DNA from: Spirochaetia bacterium
Lineage (GTDB): Bacteria > Spirochaetota > Spirochaetia > UBA9216
DNA length: 64,000 nucleotides
Assembly (NCBI GenBank): GCA_963677925.2
Contig: CAXXYH010000004.1
Location: 608,001-672,000, forward strand
Reading direction: 5' to 3'
Positions 9,931 through 19,002 of this stretch are shown in pieces. Both the position numbers and the translations under genes were made by a program. The notes under the pieces are model-generated. The model was not told the DNA's origin. It saw only the letters and a list, made by a program, of their open reading frames with translations, and searched no databases. Within the stretch, counting starts at the first letter, position 1. Each line of letters begins with the position of its first letter.

Positions 9931-10874
9931 GCAGCACAATCCTTCAGGTAAAGAACCTGCAGAAATACTTCAGTACACCGCTTGGAGATCTTCACGCAGT
10001 GGATAACATTTCATTTTCTCTGGAAACAGGAAAGACTCTGGGTGTAGTCGGTGAATCAGGCTGCGGGAAATCAACACTGGGCAGAACCCTTCTTGGTTTA
10101 ACCGAATCGACCGGCGGAAAAATATTTTTTAAAAATATGGATATTACCAATGCCGGTAAAAAAGAGAAGAAGCTTCTGCGCCGTGAAATGCAGCTGATCT
10201 TCCAGGATCCGTATTCTTCACTGAATCCGCGGCAGTGTGTTTTTGATTTAATAGCTCTGCCGTTGAAAGTTTTTCATGTCTGTTCATCTAAAAATGCGCT
10301 TCGAAACAGTGTCTTTGAGCTTATGGATACTGTTGGCCTGGCCCGCAGGCTGGCATTTTCATATCCTCATGAACTGGATGGCGGCAGAAGGCAGAGAATC
10401 GGAATCGCACGTGCCCTTGCCCTGAACCCGAAATTCATTGTATGCGACGAACCGGTTTCAGCTCTGGATGTTTCTATCCAGGCTCAGGTGCTGAACCTGC
10501 TGCAGGATCTTCAGGATGAAAAAAATCTTACATATATTTTTATTACTCACGATCTTTCTGTCGTGAAGCATATTTCAGATTTGATAATGGTTATGTATCT
10601 GGGTACTGCGGTGGAATACTGTGAGGCTAAAACACTGTTCCGGAATCCGCTTCACCCGTATACAAAGGGGCTTTTATCGGCTATTCCCAACCCGGATATA
10701 GACGCAAAAAAAGAAAGAGTGATTCTAAAAGGTGAACTTTGTTCTCCGGTTAATCCACAACCTGGATGCAGATTTGCACCCCGCTGTCCGCTGGCTACTG
10801 ATGCCTGTTTTGAAACAGCGCCTCTGTTGAGGGCTGTTTCACCGGAACAATCTGTTGCATGTCATAACGTGTAA
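9927..10874 (+). CDS. ABC transporter ATP-binding protein (DppF/OppF-like)
   Basis: GESGCGKS, LDGGRRQR, DEPVSALD, GCRFAPRC. Confidence 0.95.
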   Translation: MSSTILQVKNLQKYFSTPLGDLHAVDNISFSLETGKTLGVVGESGCGKSTLGRTLLGLTESTGGKIFFKNMDITNAGKKEKKLLRREMQLIFQDPYSSLNPRQCVFDLIALPLKVFHVCSSKNALRNSVFELMDTVGLARRLAFSYPHELDGGRRQRIGIARALALNPKFIVCDEPVSALDVSIQAQVLNLLQDLQDEKNLTYIFITHDLSVVKHISDLIMVMYLGTAVEYCEAKTLFRNPLHPYTKGLLSAIPNPDIDAKKERVILKGELCSPVNPQPGCRFAPRCPLATDACFETAPLLRAVSPEQSVACHNV

Positions 10875-10894
10875 ACTTAATAAGAGGATAAAAA

Positions 10895-11722
10895 ATGAAA
10901 CAGAAAAAAGCTTTGATCCTTTATGGAACAATGACAAAAAATACAGAAAAAATTGCGCTTTGGTTTAAAGAGACTTTTGAGGAATATAACTGGGACGTTA
11001 CCCTGTTCAGGCTTTCAAACGGCGCAGACTATAGAGGAATGCAGAAAAGTCTGTATTTCGATGACTATGATGTTGTCTGTCTCGGCAGTCCAATTGTTGC
11101 AGGTGCACCAATTCAGCCGGTTATTAAGGCTTTAAGTCTGGGAGGAGGCGGAGCACTTGAGAAGGAAGTTCAGGACAAGCTTGATTCCTCAAAGAATGAG
11201 GATGCCGCTGCAGCACCGGCTAAACCGGGCGCTTCATGGCGACGCGCTCAGGCACCTTATGCCGGGACAATGAACCGGGGTGAGAGCATACCGCTTGGAA
11301 TTGTTTTCAGTACATACGGCGGCGGCTTCTACGGATCCGGAGAGGCAATGGCCACGCTGGAAACGCTTAAGCTGTATCTTACAATCAATAACGTGAATGT
11401 AGTCGGCAAGTTCTGCTGCGCAGGAAGGGAAACAGGGCCTGCGGGTTTTCCCACAGGAGTAAAACCTCCTGCATTCTTTATTCCGGGGAAGAAGGGTAAG
11501 GACGTTCCGCCTGCAGATGTTGCAGATGCAGTCAGTTATGAAATGAAAGACGGAACCCGCCGCCCGGGGTCATATTTCTTCCATTATGATCTGGATGAAA
11601 AACCCGGAGACCGGGAGGAATCAAAGGCCAAAGCCTTTATATCGGATTTTGTTGAAGACTTCTTCATGACATATGACGGTGTACCAAACCCGGCCATATC
11701 AGAAATATTATCAATCAGCTGA
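10895..11722 (+). CDS. Flavodoxin-like protein with large Gly/Pro-rich insertions (paralog A)
   Basis: ALILYGTMTKNTEKIA FMN-phosphate loop; DVVCLGSPI, FSTYGG, VVGKFCC. Confidence 0.7.
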   Translation: MKQKKALILYGTMTKNTEKIALWFKETFEEYNWDVTLFRLSNGADYRGMQKSLYFDDYDVVCLGSPIVAGAPIQPVIKALSLGGGGALEKEVQDKLDSSKNEDAAAAPAKPGASWRRAQAPYAGTMNRGESIPLGIVFSTYGGGFYGSGEAMATLETLKLYLTINNVNVVGKFCCAGRETGPAGFPTGVKPPAFFIPGKKGKDVPPADVADAVSYEMKDGTRRPGSYFFHYDLDEKPGDREESKAKAFISDFVEDFFMTYDGVPNPAISEILSIS

Positions 11723-11736
11723 GAGGAGGCAGAAAT

Positions 11737-12714
11737 ATGGCAAAAAGAAAAGCACTTGTTATATACGGCTCCATAACCGGAAATACCGGGATGGTAGCAA
11801 GAGAGTTTAAAACAGTATGTGAAAGTTACGGTTTTGAGACAGACCTGGTGAAAATTGATCCGAGACGTGACTGGGATAAGGATCCTGTGTTTATACAGGA
11901 TTATGAACTTGTCTGTCTTGGCGGTCCGATTATTGCCGGCCTTCCGTACAAGGCTGTCAGCATGCTTATGGGCCTTCAGGGTAAAAAGCAGCTTTACCGA
12001 AACCGGGAAATTTATGAAAGAATAATGGAACTGAAGGCGAAGGGCCTTCCATTGGGCCCGGGTGCAGGTGAAAAGGTTATGCCCGATGCAATTCCGGGCG
12101 TGCATATGAATACAGGTGTTCCCGGAATTACGGCTCCCTCAACAGGAACCGGAGCTCCCGGCTCAAAGTCGGAACCGAACCTGAAAACAATCTACGGAAT
12201 TGCTTTCAGCACCTACGGCGGCAGCGGTGTCGGACCGGAGGAATGCTACGGTACTCTTGAAGTTTTTGTGGAATACCTGAGAGTCAATGGTATCCGCTGT
12301 GTAGGCAAGTTTGCCTGTCCAGGAAAGGAGCTCCGGCATGAGTCTGTTGATAAGCTTGCAAGCGTTCTAAAAATGAACATTGACGATTCCCAGGCTTTGA
12401 TGCAGAGATATGTCGATGATCCTGAAGATCCCGAATATTTAAAACTGACACCTGAACAGCAGAAGGTTGTTGCAGAGGCAGCTGGTGTTAAGGATGAAGA
12501 GAGTTTCGGAGATGACCCGATGATGGTTGATAATGATCCGATGGGAATCGGCAAGCCTGGTTCTGTATGCTGGCATTATGATTTTCAAAACAGACCAAGC
12601 GAGCGGGATTTGACAAAGGCAAATATCTTTCTTTCCGAGGTGATTGAAGATTATTTTCTTACCTTTACCGGTGATCCGAGGCCCCCATATTCAATCTATA
12701 CCAGTATAAGCTGA
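11737..12714 (+). CDS. Flavodoxin-like protein with large insertions (paralog B)
   Basis: ALVIYGSITGNTGMVA, LVCLGGPI, FSTYGG, VGKFAC; shares the C-terminal HYD...KA..F....ED.F.T..G.P.P...SIS pattern with paralog A. Confidence 0.7.
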   Translation: MAKRKALVIYGSITGNTGMVAREFKTVCESYGFETDLVKIDPRRDWDKDPVFIQDYELVCLGGPIIAGLPYKAVSMLMGLQGKKQLYRNREIYERIMELKAKGLPLGPGAGEKVMPDAIPGVHMNTGVPGITAPSTGTGAPGSKSEPNLKTIYGIAFSTYGGSGVGPEECYGTLEVFVEYLRVNGIRCVGKFACPGKELRHESVDKLASVLKMNIDDSQALMQRYVDDPEDPEYLKLTPEQQKVVAEAAGVKDEESFGDDPMMVDNDPMGIGKPGSVCWHYDFQNRPSERDLTKANIFLSEVIEDYFLTFTGDPRPPYSIYTSIS

Positions 12715-12734
12715 ATCTGAAAGGGAATGAAATT

Positions 12735-13142
12735 ATGGCAGTATCAGGAACTTATTATATTAAAAAACGGCTGCCCTCTCCTGAGCTTGTACATGGAGAG
12801 GGGTTTAAGCCCGATTTGAATGCCGGCCCCCCGCCGAAGACGCCGCCCCGTCCTAAGGTCATTCTCCCTGAATATGGGAAAGTGGACAGGAACTTCTTTG
12901 AGGGCGATATGCTTTTTGAATTCGAAGCTCAGCCGGACGGCACATTAACCGGAACAGCAGACGGCGTTCCGATATATTCCGGTTTCTATACAGGTGATGA
13001 ATTTTTTACTGTTGATTATCCTGCAGGGCCCGGCAGATGGGAAGTCTGGGCTCGTGTTGATGAAGACGGCAGTCTGATCGGAATGATCTCGGTTAAAGGC
13101 GGTGGATTTCCCAATCTTGTCTACGGTAAAAAAATTTCATGA
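12735..13142 (+). CDS. Hypothetical protein (small, beta-rich, Pro-rich N-terminal insertion)
   Basis: In-operon ORF with SD; repeated DG.L.G turns suggest a small beta-barrel. Confidence 0.7.
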   Translation: MAVSGTYYIKKRLPSPELVHGEGFKPDLNAGPPPKTPPRPKVILPEYGKVDRNFFEGDMLFEFEAQPDGTLTGTADGVPIYSGFYTGDEFFTVDYPAGPGRWEVWARVDEDGSLIGMISVKGGGFPNLVYGKKIS

Positions 13143-13268
13143 ACATGGAAACATTATTTTTGAATGTAAACTGAATGTAAAAATTGTGAACTGCGGATCA
13201 GAAATTCTGATCAGATTAAAAAAATATCATGTAAAGTAGTTTTCAAGAATGAAAATATAGGAGTTATT

Positions 13269-15257
13269 ATGTCACAACCATATCCGCACCTGCTTTCTCC
13301 GCTTAAATGCGGTAAGTTTATCTTTAAAAACAGAATGGAATCATCCAATTCTCTTCCGCACTTTTCTCAGGGACCGGAAGAATATATAGCTGATCCTCTG
13401 ATGAATCACTTTATCGGCCGGGCCAGAAACGGTGCCGCCCTTGTTACTCTTGCCGGATTTGATGATAATGTTGATTCTCCGCCGTTTCCTGATACCCTTG
13501 ATGTTGCCCACTTTCCCGATTTTGATATGCGCAATGCTAAATGTCAGAACTATCTGCTTGAGATGATAGAGGCCCTGCATTATGAGGGAACCCTTGTCAG
13601 CGGCTCCCTTTTTTCCGCCAATAAAAAATTCCGTTATATTAATGAGGACGGTGAACTGGAAATAATCTGTGCCGATAAGGGTGCTCCGGACGGTGATGCT
13701 ACTCATGCCATGATGCATGAATATACTGATGATAAGGTAACTAAGGAAGAGCTTGTTAAAATCGCAAAGAGCTACGGTCAGCAGGCTGCCTTTTACAAGC
13801 GTCTCGGTTTTGATGCTGTTACTATTCATATGAGCTACCGTGCTCAGCTTCCTTCCCAGATGCTTTCACCGTTAAGCAATCACCGTACAGATGAGTTCAA
13901 CGGTTCTCTGGAAAACCGTGCCCGCTTTCCGCTCATGATGCTTGAAGAAATTAAGAAGGCCGTCGGCAATGACATGCTTATCGAGATTCAGCATTCCGGC
14001 GTTGAGCCCGAAGGAGGATATACTGTTGAGGAAGCTATCGAGTTTCTTCGACTTGCCGAGCCCTATGTTGATATCGTACAGGTTAGAGCCTCTGAAGGTG
14101 ATGAGAATCATCCCACAAACTATAACCCGGAAAAGACACCCTTCCTTGAGCTTACTTCAAAAATTAAAGCTGCAGGTCTTGATATGCTGGTGAGTAATGT
14201 CGGCGGGTGGTTTCATCCGGAACTGGCCGACAAGGCTATTGCAGAGGGAAAACTCGATCTCGTTGCAATGGCAAGATCCTGGATCTCGAATCCTGACTAC
14301 GGAGAAAAGCTCTATGAAGACCGCAGCGATGATCTGGTTCCATGTATCCGCTGCAATAAATGTCACGGGCGCGGTAAAAACGACGCTCTTACTACTGTCT
14401 GTTCGGTGAATCCGCGCTTCGGTCTTGAAGCAGTTGAGCGATACCTGGTAACCCCTGCAAAGAAATCCAAGAATGTAGCAATAATCGGAGGCGGTCCCGC
14501 AGGAATGAGGACAGCATTGTACCTTACTGAAAGAGGTCATAAAGTTACAATATTTGAAGCAGAATCAAGGCTTGGCGGTGTGCTTGTTCATACCGAAAAT
14601 GTTGATTTCAAGTGGACCCTGAAAGAATATCTGGACTACCTTGTCTATCAGGTGAAGAAGCAGAGGATAGCTGTACAGCTGAATACACGAGTTACACCGG
14701 ATATGCTGTTTGATAACTATGATGCCGTAATTGCTGCAATAGGTGCTGAACCTGTGGTGCCCGGAATTCCTGGAGTTGAGGGTGAAAATGTAATTATGGC
14801 AATGGATGTCCTTATGAAGACAAAGCCGATTGGACAGAATGTTGTAGTTATAGGAGGCGGTGAGGTTGGTACGGAAACAGGCATGTATATCGCAAAAACA
14901 GGCCGGAATGTAACAGTTCTGGAAATGCGCGATGAGCTTGCGGCTGATACCACAATCATGCATTACCGATCTATGTTTCAGGAAGCATGGGAAGCAATAC
15001 CCACCTTCAGTTTTGTGCTTAATGCTGCAGCAAAGGAAATTTGTGGGGATAAGGTTATCTACACCGATAAGGATGGAAACACTAAGGAACTTGCTGCAGA
15101 TACTGTTGTTCTGTCCGTCGGTATGAAAGCCAGGAAAGACGAAGCTCTTTCCTTCTACGGAGCAGGTGACCGCTTTTATATGGTAGGCGACTGTTATCAG
15201 CCCGGAACTGTACAGACTGTTAACCGCAGTGCATTCGTAACTGCATCAAGTATGTAA
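13269..15257 (+). CDS. Old Yellow Enzyme family FAD/FMN/4Fe-4S oxidoreductase (DCR/BaiCD/BilR-type architecture)
   Basis: TIM barrel (KNR, GFD, LSP.SNHRTDEFNGSLENRARF); Fe-S motif CIRCNKC...CSVNP; GGGPAG and GGGEVG Rossmann motifs; VGDC. Confidence 0.92.
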   Translation: MSQPYPHLLSPLKCGKFIFKNRMESSNSLPHFSQGPEEYIADPLMNHFIGRARNGAALVTLAGFDDNVDSPPFPDTLDVAHFPDFDMRNAKCQNYLLEMIEALHYEGTLVSGSLFSANKKFRYINEDGELEIICADKGAPDGDATHAMMHEYTDDKVTKEELVKIAKSYGQQAAFYKRLGFDAVTIHMSYRAQLPSQMLSPLSNHRTDEFNGSLENRARFPLMMLEEIKKAVGNDMLIEIQHSGVEPEGGYTVEEAIEFLRLAEPYVDIVQVRASEGDENHPTNYNPEKTPFLELTSKIKAAGLDMLVSNVGGWFHPELADKAIAEGKLDLVAMARSWISNPDYGEKLYEDRSDDLVPCIRCNKCHGRGKNDALTTVCSVNPRFGLEAVERYLVTPAKKSKNVAIIGGGPAGMRTALYLTERGHKVTIFEAESRLGGVLVHTENVDFKWTLKEYLDYLVYQVKKQRIAVQLNTRVTPDMLFDNYDAVIAAIGAEPVVPGIPGVEGENVIMAMDVLMKTKPIGQNVVVIGGGEVGTETGMYIAKTGRNVTVLEMRDELAADTTIMHYRSMFQEAWEAIPTFSFVLNAAAKEICGDKVIYTDKDGNTKELAADTVVLSVGMKARKDEALSFYGAGDRFYMVGDCYQPGTVQTVNRSAFVTASSM

Positions 15258-15278
15258 TTTTCTGTTTTAGCTAATCTA

Positions 15279-15310
15279 TAAAAAAGGGACGGTCATCTCT
15301 GACCGTCCCT
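15279..15310 (-). terminator. Intrinsic terminator of the PPi-PEPCK gene
   Basis: Perfect 11-bp stem AGGGACGGTCA/TGACCGTCCCT with a T-run on the minus strand. Confidence 0.8.
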
Positions 15311-15329
15311 CAATTCATTAAAAGTTAAT

Positions 15330-18300
15330 CTATTGCCTGTAAAGCGGATCAAGTCCGATTGTTCCTACAAGCCGCTCAAGATATTCCGGACTTCTTACTT
15401 CTTTCAGCTTGTCTTTACCTTGCTGAATCTTTGTCGGTATGCCCAGACGCATTGCTTCATCTTTATGGCGTTCTGATTTGAGGAACTCTTCCATATATGC
15501 AATTCCGTTCAGAACCTGCTGTTCTCTCTGTGCCCGGAAGGCTTCAAGCCTTGCTTTGTACCAGTCGCTTTCTATAACATAATCCCTTTCGAACAGATTT
15601 CTTACTTCAGGATCCTCAGCGGTCTTACCTTCCCAGCTTCCTTCCGCCATGATGTACAGTATTGCTTTCAGCGGTGGAATAGCTGCATTAACGCTTCCGT
15701 CTGCAATATATCCCTTTGCGACCTTCTGCTGAGCCTCAACAATATTATTGATTCCGTCTACAAAATCTTCCATGCTCTGAAGTTCAGGTTTAAGCATTTC
15801 CTCGTTGAATACAACTTCCGGGTTATCAAAAATTCGTCCCATATATATAGAAAGGAATTCCTTGTTCAGACGGTAGCCAAGTCTGCTGGCCAGGACTTTC
15901 TTTCCCTTGTATTCAAAGTCATCAACCTTGTCCAATAGCCCTTCGGCTATCAGATTTTTCGGATCCCTTTCTTCTTCCGACATTCTGCTCCAGAGTTCAG
16001 GAACCAGAAGACTTATGTCATGATCAACCTTGTAATCGGGGCCGATGTACCCGGCTGCTGATGTATAGCCGTTATAACCGGTCAGAATGAAAGACAGAAG
16101 TGCGTTGTTGAGATCGCTTGTAGCTGACAGGGCGTTAAACGGTGCCTTTGTAAGTGCCCCTTCAGATCCTGCTCCCGTAGTTGACGGAGATTTTCCTGTT
16201 AGGCTGCATACGAAGTCCATAAAAAGCTCGGGGAGCTGCTGATAATGAATCGGTGCATATACAGCGAGCGGTCTAATGCCGGCTTCGTGGTCTGCAGGAT
16301 TGTTTCTTCGTCCGGCAAGCACTGCATTCACCGGTGCAGCAAGCGGAGATCCTGCAGGAAGCTTACGGAAAAGTCTCATTCCTATCTCACCAAGATATTT
16401 TGTGATTCCATCCTCCAGATCCGGCCTGAGCTGCAGGTATCTCGGGTTCTTTGAAGGTGCGCCGTCAACTATTCTGGGATGTGAGGATGCGATAAAATAT
16501 TCATCATCGCCTCCGTTTTCTTTAAACTCTTTGATAACGTTCTGCATCGGTTCAGTGTAGGCGTAAAAACCTGCTGTTTTCTCATAAATATCGATAGCAT
16601 TCTGTTTCTGAAGCGGTTCAAAGTTACTGATGAAGTTTCCTCTTGATCCGAGGTCTTTTTCCGCCTGTTTATCCAGGCCTCTGTGAACAGCGTCATCAGG
16701 TCTCTGGAAGAATCGGTTCTCACAGTTTTCTACTATCTTTACACTCGGATGGGTATTAGCTTCTGAAAGTCCCTTAACCTGATTTTTTGATAATGTTATT
16801 GATGCAGAAATATCATCTTCCAGCTGGACTTTCTCGGCAGGCATATAATCCTGTCTCAGCTTGTTTGTTACCCAGCTGCCAGTTTTTGTTGTTCCAAGCT
16901 TGAGGTAGCTTCCGACCAGTTCTCTGTTGTGGTATTTAAGTATATGGCCGGGTTCATTATTAATAATATCAACTGAAAATTTATCCTTCCAGTTATCTCC
17001 CCACTCCGGTTCATAAAACCGCTTAACCAGGAAGACAAGCATTTTAACCTTCAGCGGGATTTTTTCCAGCCATTCGTTAAACTCGTCGGTGTTGTTTGTT
17101 GACGGTGAAAGCAGTTTAATAACTGAACCCAGTGAACGCTCATCGCTTAAAAGCGGACGGGTTGTGTGGCCCGGTTTCAGGGTTTTCCGGTATTCAGGCT
17201 TGAACCTTTTTCCGTAATTGTAGGAAATAATTTCCTCTGCTCTGGCCATATCCTCTTCAAAATCACCTATAAAAACCGAACTGAATCTCATGGCATCACG
17301 AATGGATTTTGATATCTCGGATTTTCCTCCGCCTGAAACGGTGCTTGGTTTATGACAGAATGTTCCTTCAGCAACTGTTCCAACAAGCATCCATGCCGGC
17401 GATGCCAGGTGTTTTCTCATCTGGATCTTGTATCCTGAAGGATGCAGGTAGTAGTTTTCCGGAAGAACCTTAATTGATATCTTTTCTCCGTCTTTTTCCC
17501 ATACAGCCTGCTGTGTTTCAAGATCTATGGCAGCGGTCTCGGGGATATAGATAATATTTCTAAAATTTTTATCATAACCGAAACCCTTCCGGTGCATGAT
17601 TAAATCATCGCCGAGTACATGTTCAAAGTTTGTGAAGGTATGTCCCTTTTTCTGATGCAGAAAGGACATGTTGCTGTCCGGTATGAACCTTGTTCCAAGA
17701 TTGAAACTGGGAAATGCAAGTGCTCCTCCGGCGTGTTCCTCTTCAACCACCCCGAAAAGGTTTGCTGAATAACCTATCTGGGTCTTTACTTCCTTTTTAC
17801 AGTATCCGAAGTAGTTGTCAGCTATAAGAGTAACAATAACGCCGCTTTCATCTCTTGCTGTAAGTTTGAACGGACTTCCGTCATTGTAGAGTTCATTTTT
17901 GGAAGTCCAGTACATTCCGTCTTTTTTCTGGCGTTCTGTAGCATATTTTTCATTAGGCAGGCCCATTTCGGCCTTTGTAACAGTTGTCAGATGCGGTGCA
18001 AGTATTATACATCCGGTGTGCCCGGTCCAGTGTTCGGGATCAAGGGCAGCATCATGCTCGGGAAGATAGGGGTCTCCGGCATTTCCGAAAATCGATTCGA
18101 CAAAGTCAAGGTTGCAGACCATATTGCCCGGTGCGAAGAATCTTATCTCAATTGATCTTCTTTCTGAAAAACCGGGAACCTCGGGGACAACTACAGGTCT
18201 GAGGAGAAGTGATGCAATTACATCAGCCTTATCTTCCTGTGAATCCGTAAAAGGAAGTTTTGTAAGAATTGAAGGAGGATTAAGTGCTTCTTTTAAAAGC

Positions 18301-18809
18301 AGAGCAAATGTCTGTTTAGGGACTGCTTTCTTGTCAAAGGGAATAGGAAGGCCGCCCTCGGCTATATGGAATACACCCTTGGTTGTCCGTCTGTCGTTCT
18401 TCGGGTTATGCAGTACTCCCTGTTTTACCCTGTAGGAACTGATAATATCGGTTATGAACTCGTTTTTATCAGGCGGAATCGAAAGTTCACGGGCAAGCCC
18501 GTATCTGTCCAGAATCAGGGTGTCTGTAGGCAGCTCGGGCAGTTCGTCGGTGTCAACGTCTGCAAGATACCTGTTCAGAAAGTCCTGTATACGTTTATCA
18601 ACCGGACAATGGTAGGTAGATAACAGACGGTTCTTTTCCTTATAGTTTTCGATAAGGTCGTGAGCAATTTCAATGTCCATATTCTCTGTGCTGCTGCTGT
18701 GAGGAAGGCCCATTGAAGCCAGTTTAAGATTTATATATCTCAGTGTTCTTGCACGCTCTTCGGGGTTTTCTAAATCCTTTCCTAAACCCAGTTTTCTGCT
18801 TGTGTCCAT
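15330..18809 (-). CDS. Pyrophosphate-dependent phosphoenolpyruvate carboxykinase (PPi-PEPCK / PEP carboxytransphosphorylase)
   Basis: 1159 aa. YINLKL, GVLHNPKNDRRTTKGVFH, DNYFGYCKKEVKTQI, EEEHAGGA, HKPSTVSGGGKSEISK and GKSPSTTGAGSEGALTK match the Entamoeba/Propionibacterium PPi-PEPCK family. Confidence 0.88.
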   Translation of the reverse strand: MDTSRKLGLGKDLENPEERARTLRYINLKLASMGLPHSSSTENMDIEIAHDLIENYKEKNRLLSTYHCPVDKRIQDFLNRYLADVDTDELPELPTDTLILDRYGLARELSIPPDKNEFITDIISSYRVKQGVLHNPKNDRRTTKGVFHIAEGGLPIPFDKKAVPKQTFALLLKEALNPPSILTKLPFTDSQEDKADVIASLLLRPVVVPEVPGFSERRSIEIRFFAPGNMVCNLDFVESIFGNAGDPYLPEHDAALDPEHWTGHTGCIILAPHLTTVTKAEMGLPNEKYATERQKKDGMYWTSKNELYNDGSPFKLTARDESGVIVTLIADNYFGYCKKEVKTQIGYSANLFGVVEEEHAGGALAFPSFNLGTRFIPDSNMSFLHQKKGHTFTNFEHVLGDDLIMHRKGFGYDKNFRNIIYIPETAAIDLETQQAVWEKDGEKISIKVLPENYYLHPSGYKIQMRKHLASPAWMLVGTVAEGTFCHKPSTVSGGGKSEISKSIRDAMRFSSVFIGDFEEDMARAEEIISYNYGKRFKPEYRKTLKPGHTTRPLLSDERSLGSVIKLLSPSTNNTDEFNEWLEKIPLKVKMLVFLVKRFYEPEWGDNWKDKFSVDIINNEPGHILKYHNRELVGSYLKLGTTKTGSWVTNKLRQDYMPAEKVQLEDDISASITLSKNQVKGLSEANTHPSVKIVENCENRFFQRPDDAVHRGLDKQAEKDLGSRGNFISNFEPLQKQNAIDIYEKTAGFYAYTEPMQNVIKEFKENGGDDEYFIASSHPRIVDGAPSKNPRYLQLRPDLEDGITKYLGEIGMRLFRKLPAGSPLAAPVNAVLAGRRNNPADHEAGIRPLAVYAPIHYQQLPELFMDFVCSLTGKSPSTTGAGSEGALTKAPFNALSATSDLNNALLSFILTGYNGYTSAAGYIGPDYKVDHDISLLVPELWSRMSEEERDPKNLIAEGLLDKVDDFEYKGKKVLASRLGYRLNKEFLSIYMGRIFDNPEVVFNEEMLKPELQSMEDFVDGINNIVEAQQKVAKGYIADGSVNAAIPPLKAILYIMAEGSWEGKTAEDPEVRNLFERDYVIESDWYKARLEAFRAQREQQVLNGIAYMEEFLKSERHKDEAMRLGIPTKIQQGKDKLKEVRSPEYLERLVGTIGLDPLYRQ

Positions 18810-18848
18810 AATTCCTTATTCCTCGGTTCTTTAATCAGATTAATTCCG

Positions 18849-18893
18849 AGTATACTGGTCGTAAAACGAAGGGTCAAGATGCACAATTGTGCA
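18849..18893 (-). promoter_or_regulatory. PPi-PEPCK promoter with adjacent 14-bp palindrome
   Basis: TTGACC(18877-72)-17-TATACT(18854-49); TGCACAATTGTGCA at 18880-18893. Confidence 0.65.
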
Positions 18894-19002
18894 AATTGTT
18901 AAATATCAATAAAAGTTATGAACTAAAGATGATCTTAGCATATTATTGAAAAGACCTGACAATCCGGATAGAATCTTTTAAGCATATAGCAAAGGATTCA
19001 CC

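Noticed and set aside
10895-15257. Calling the cluster bilirubin reductase (bilRS) or a bai operon
   Set aside because: The OYE lacks the HGDR motif, and no CoA ligase or hydroxysteroid dehydrogenase is present; only the architecture is analogous.
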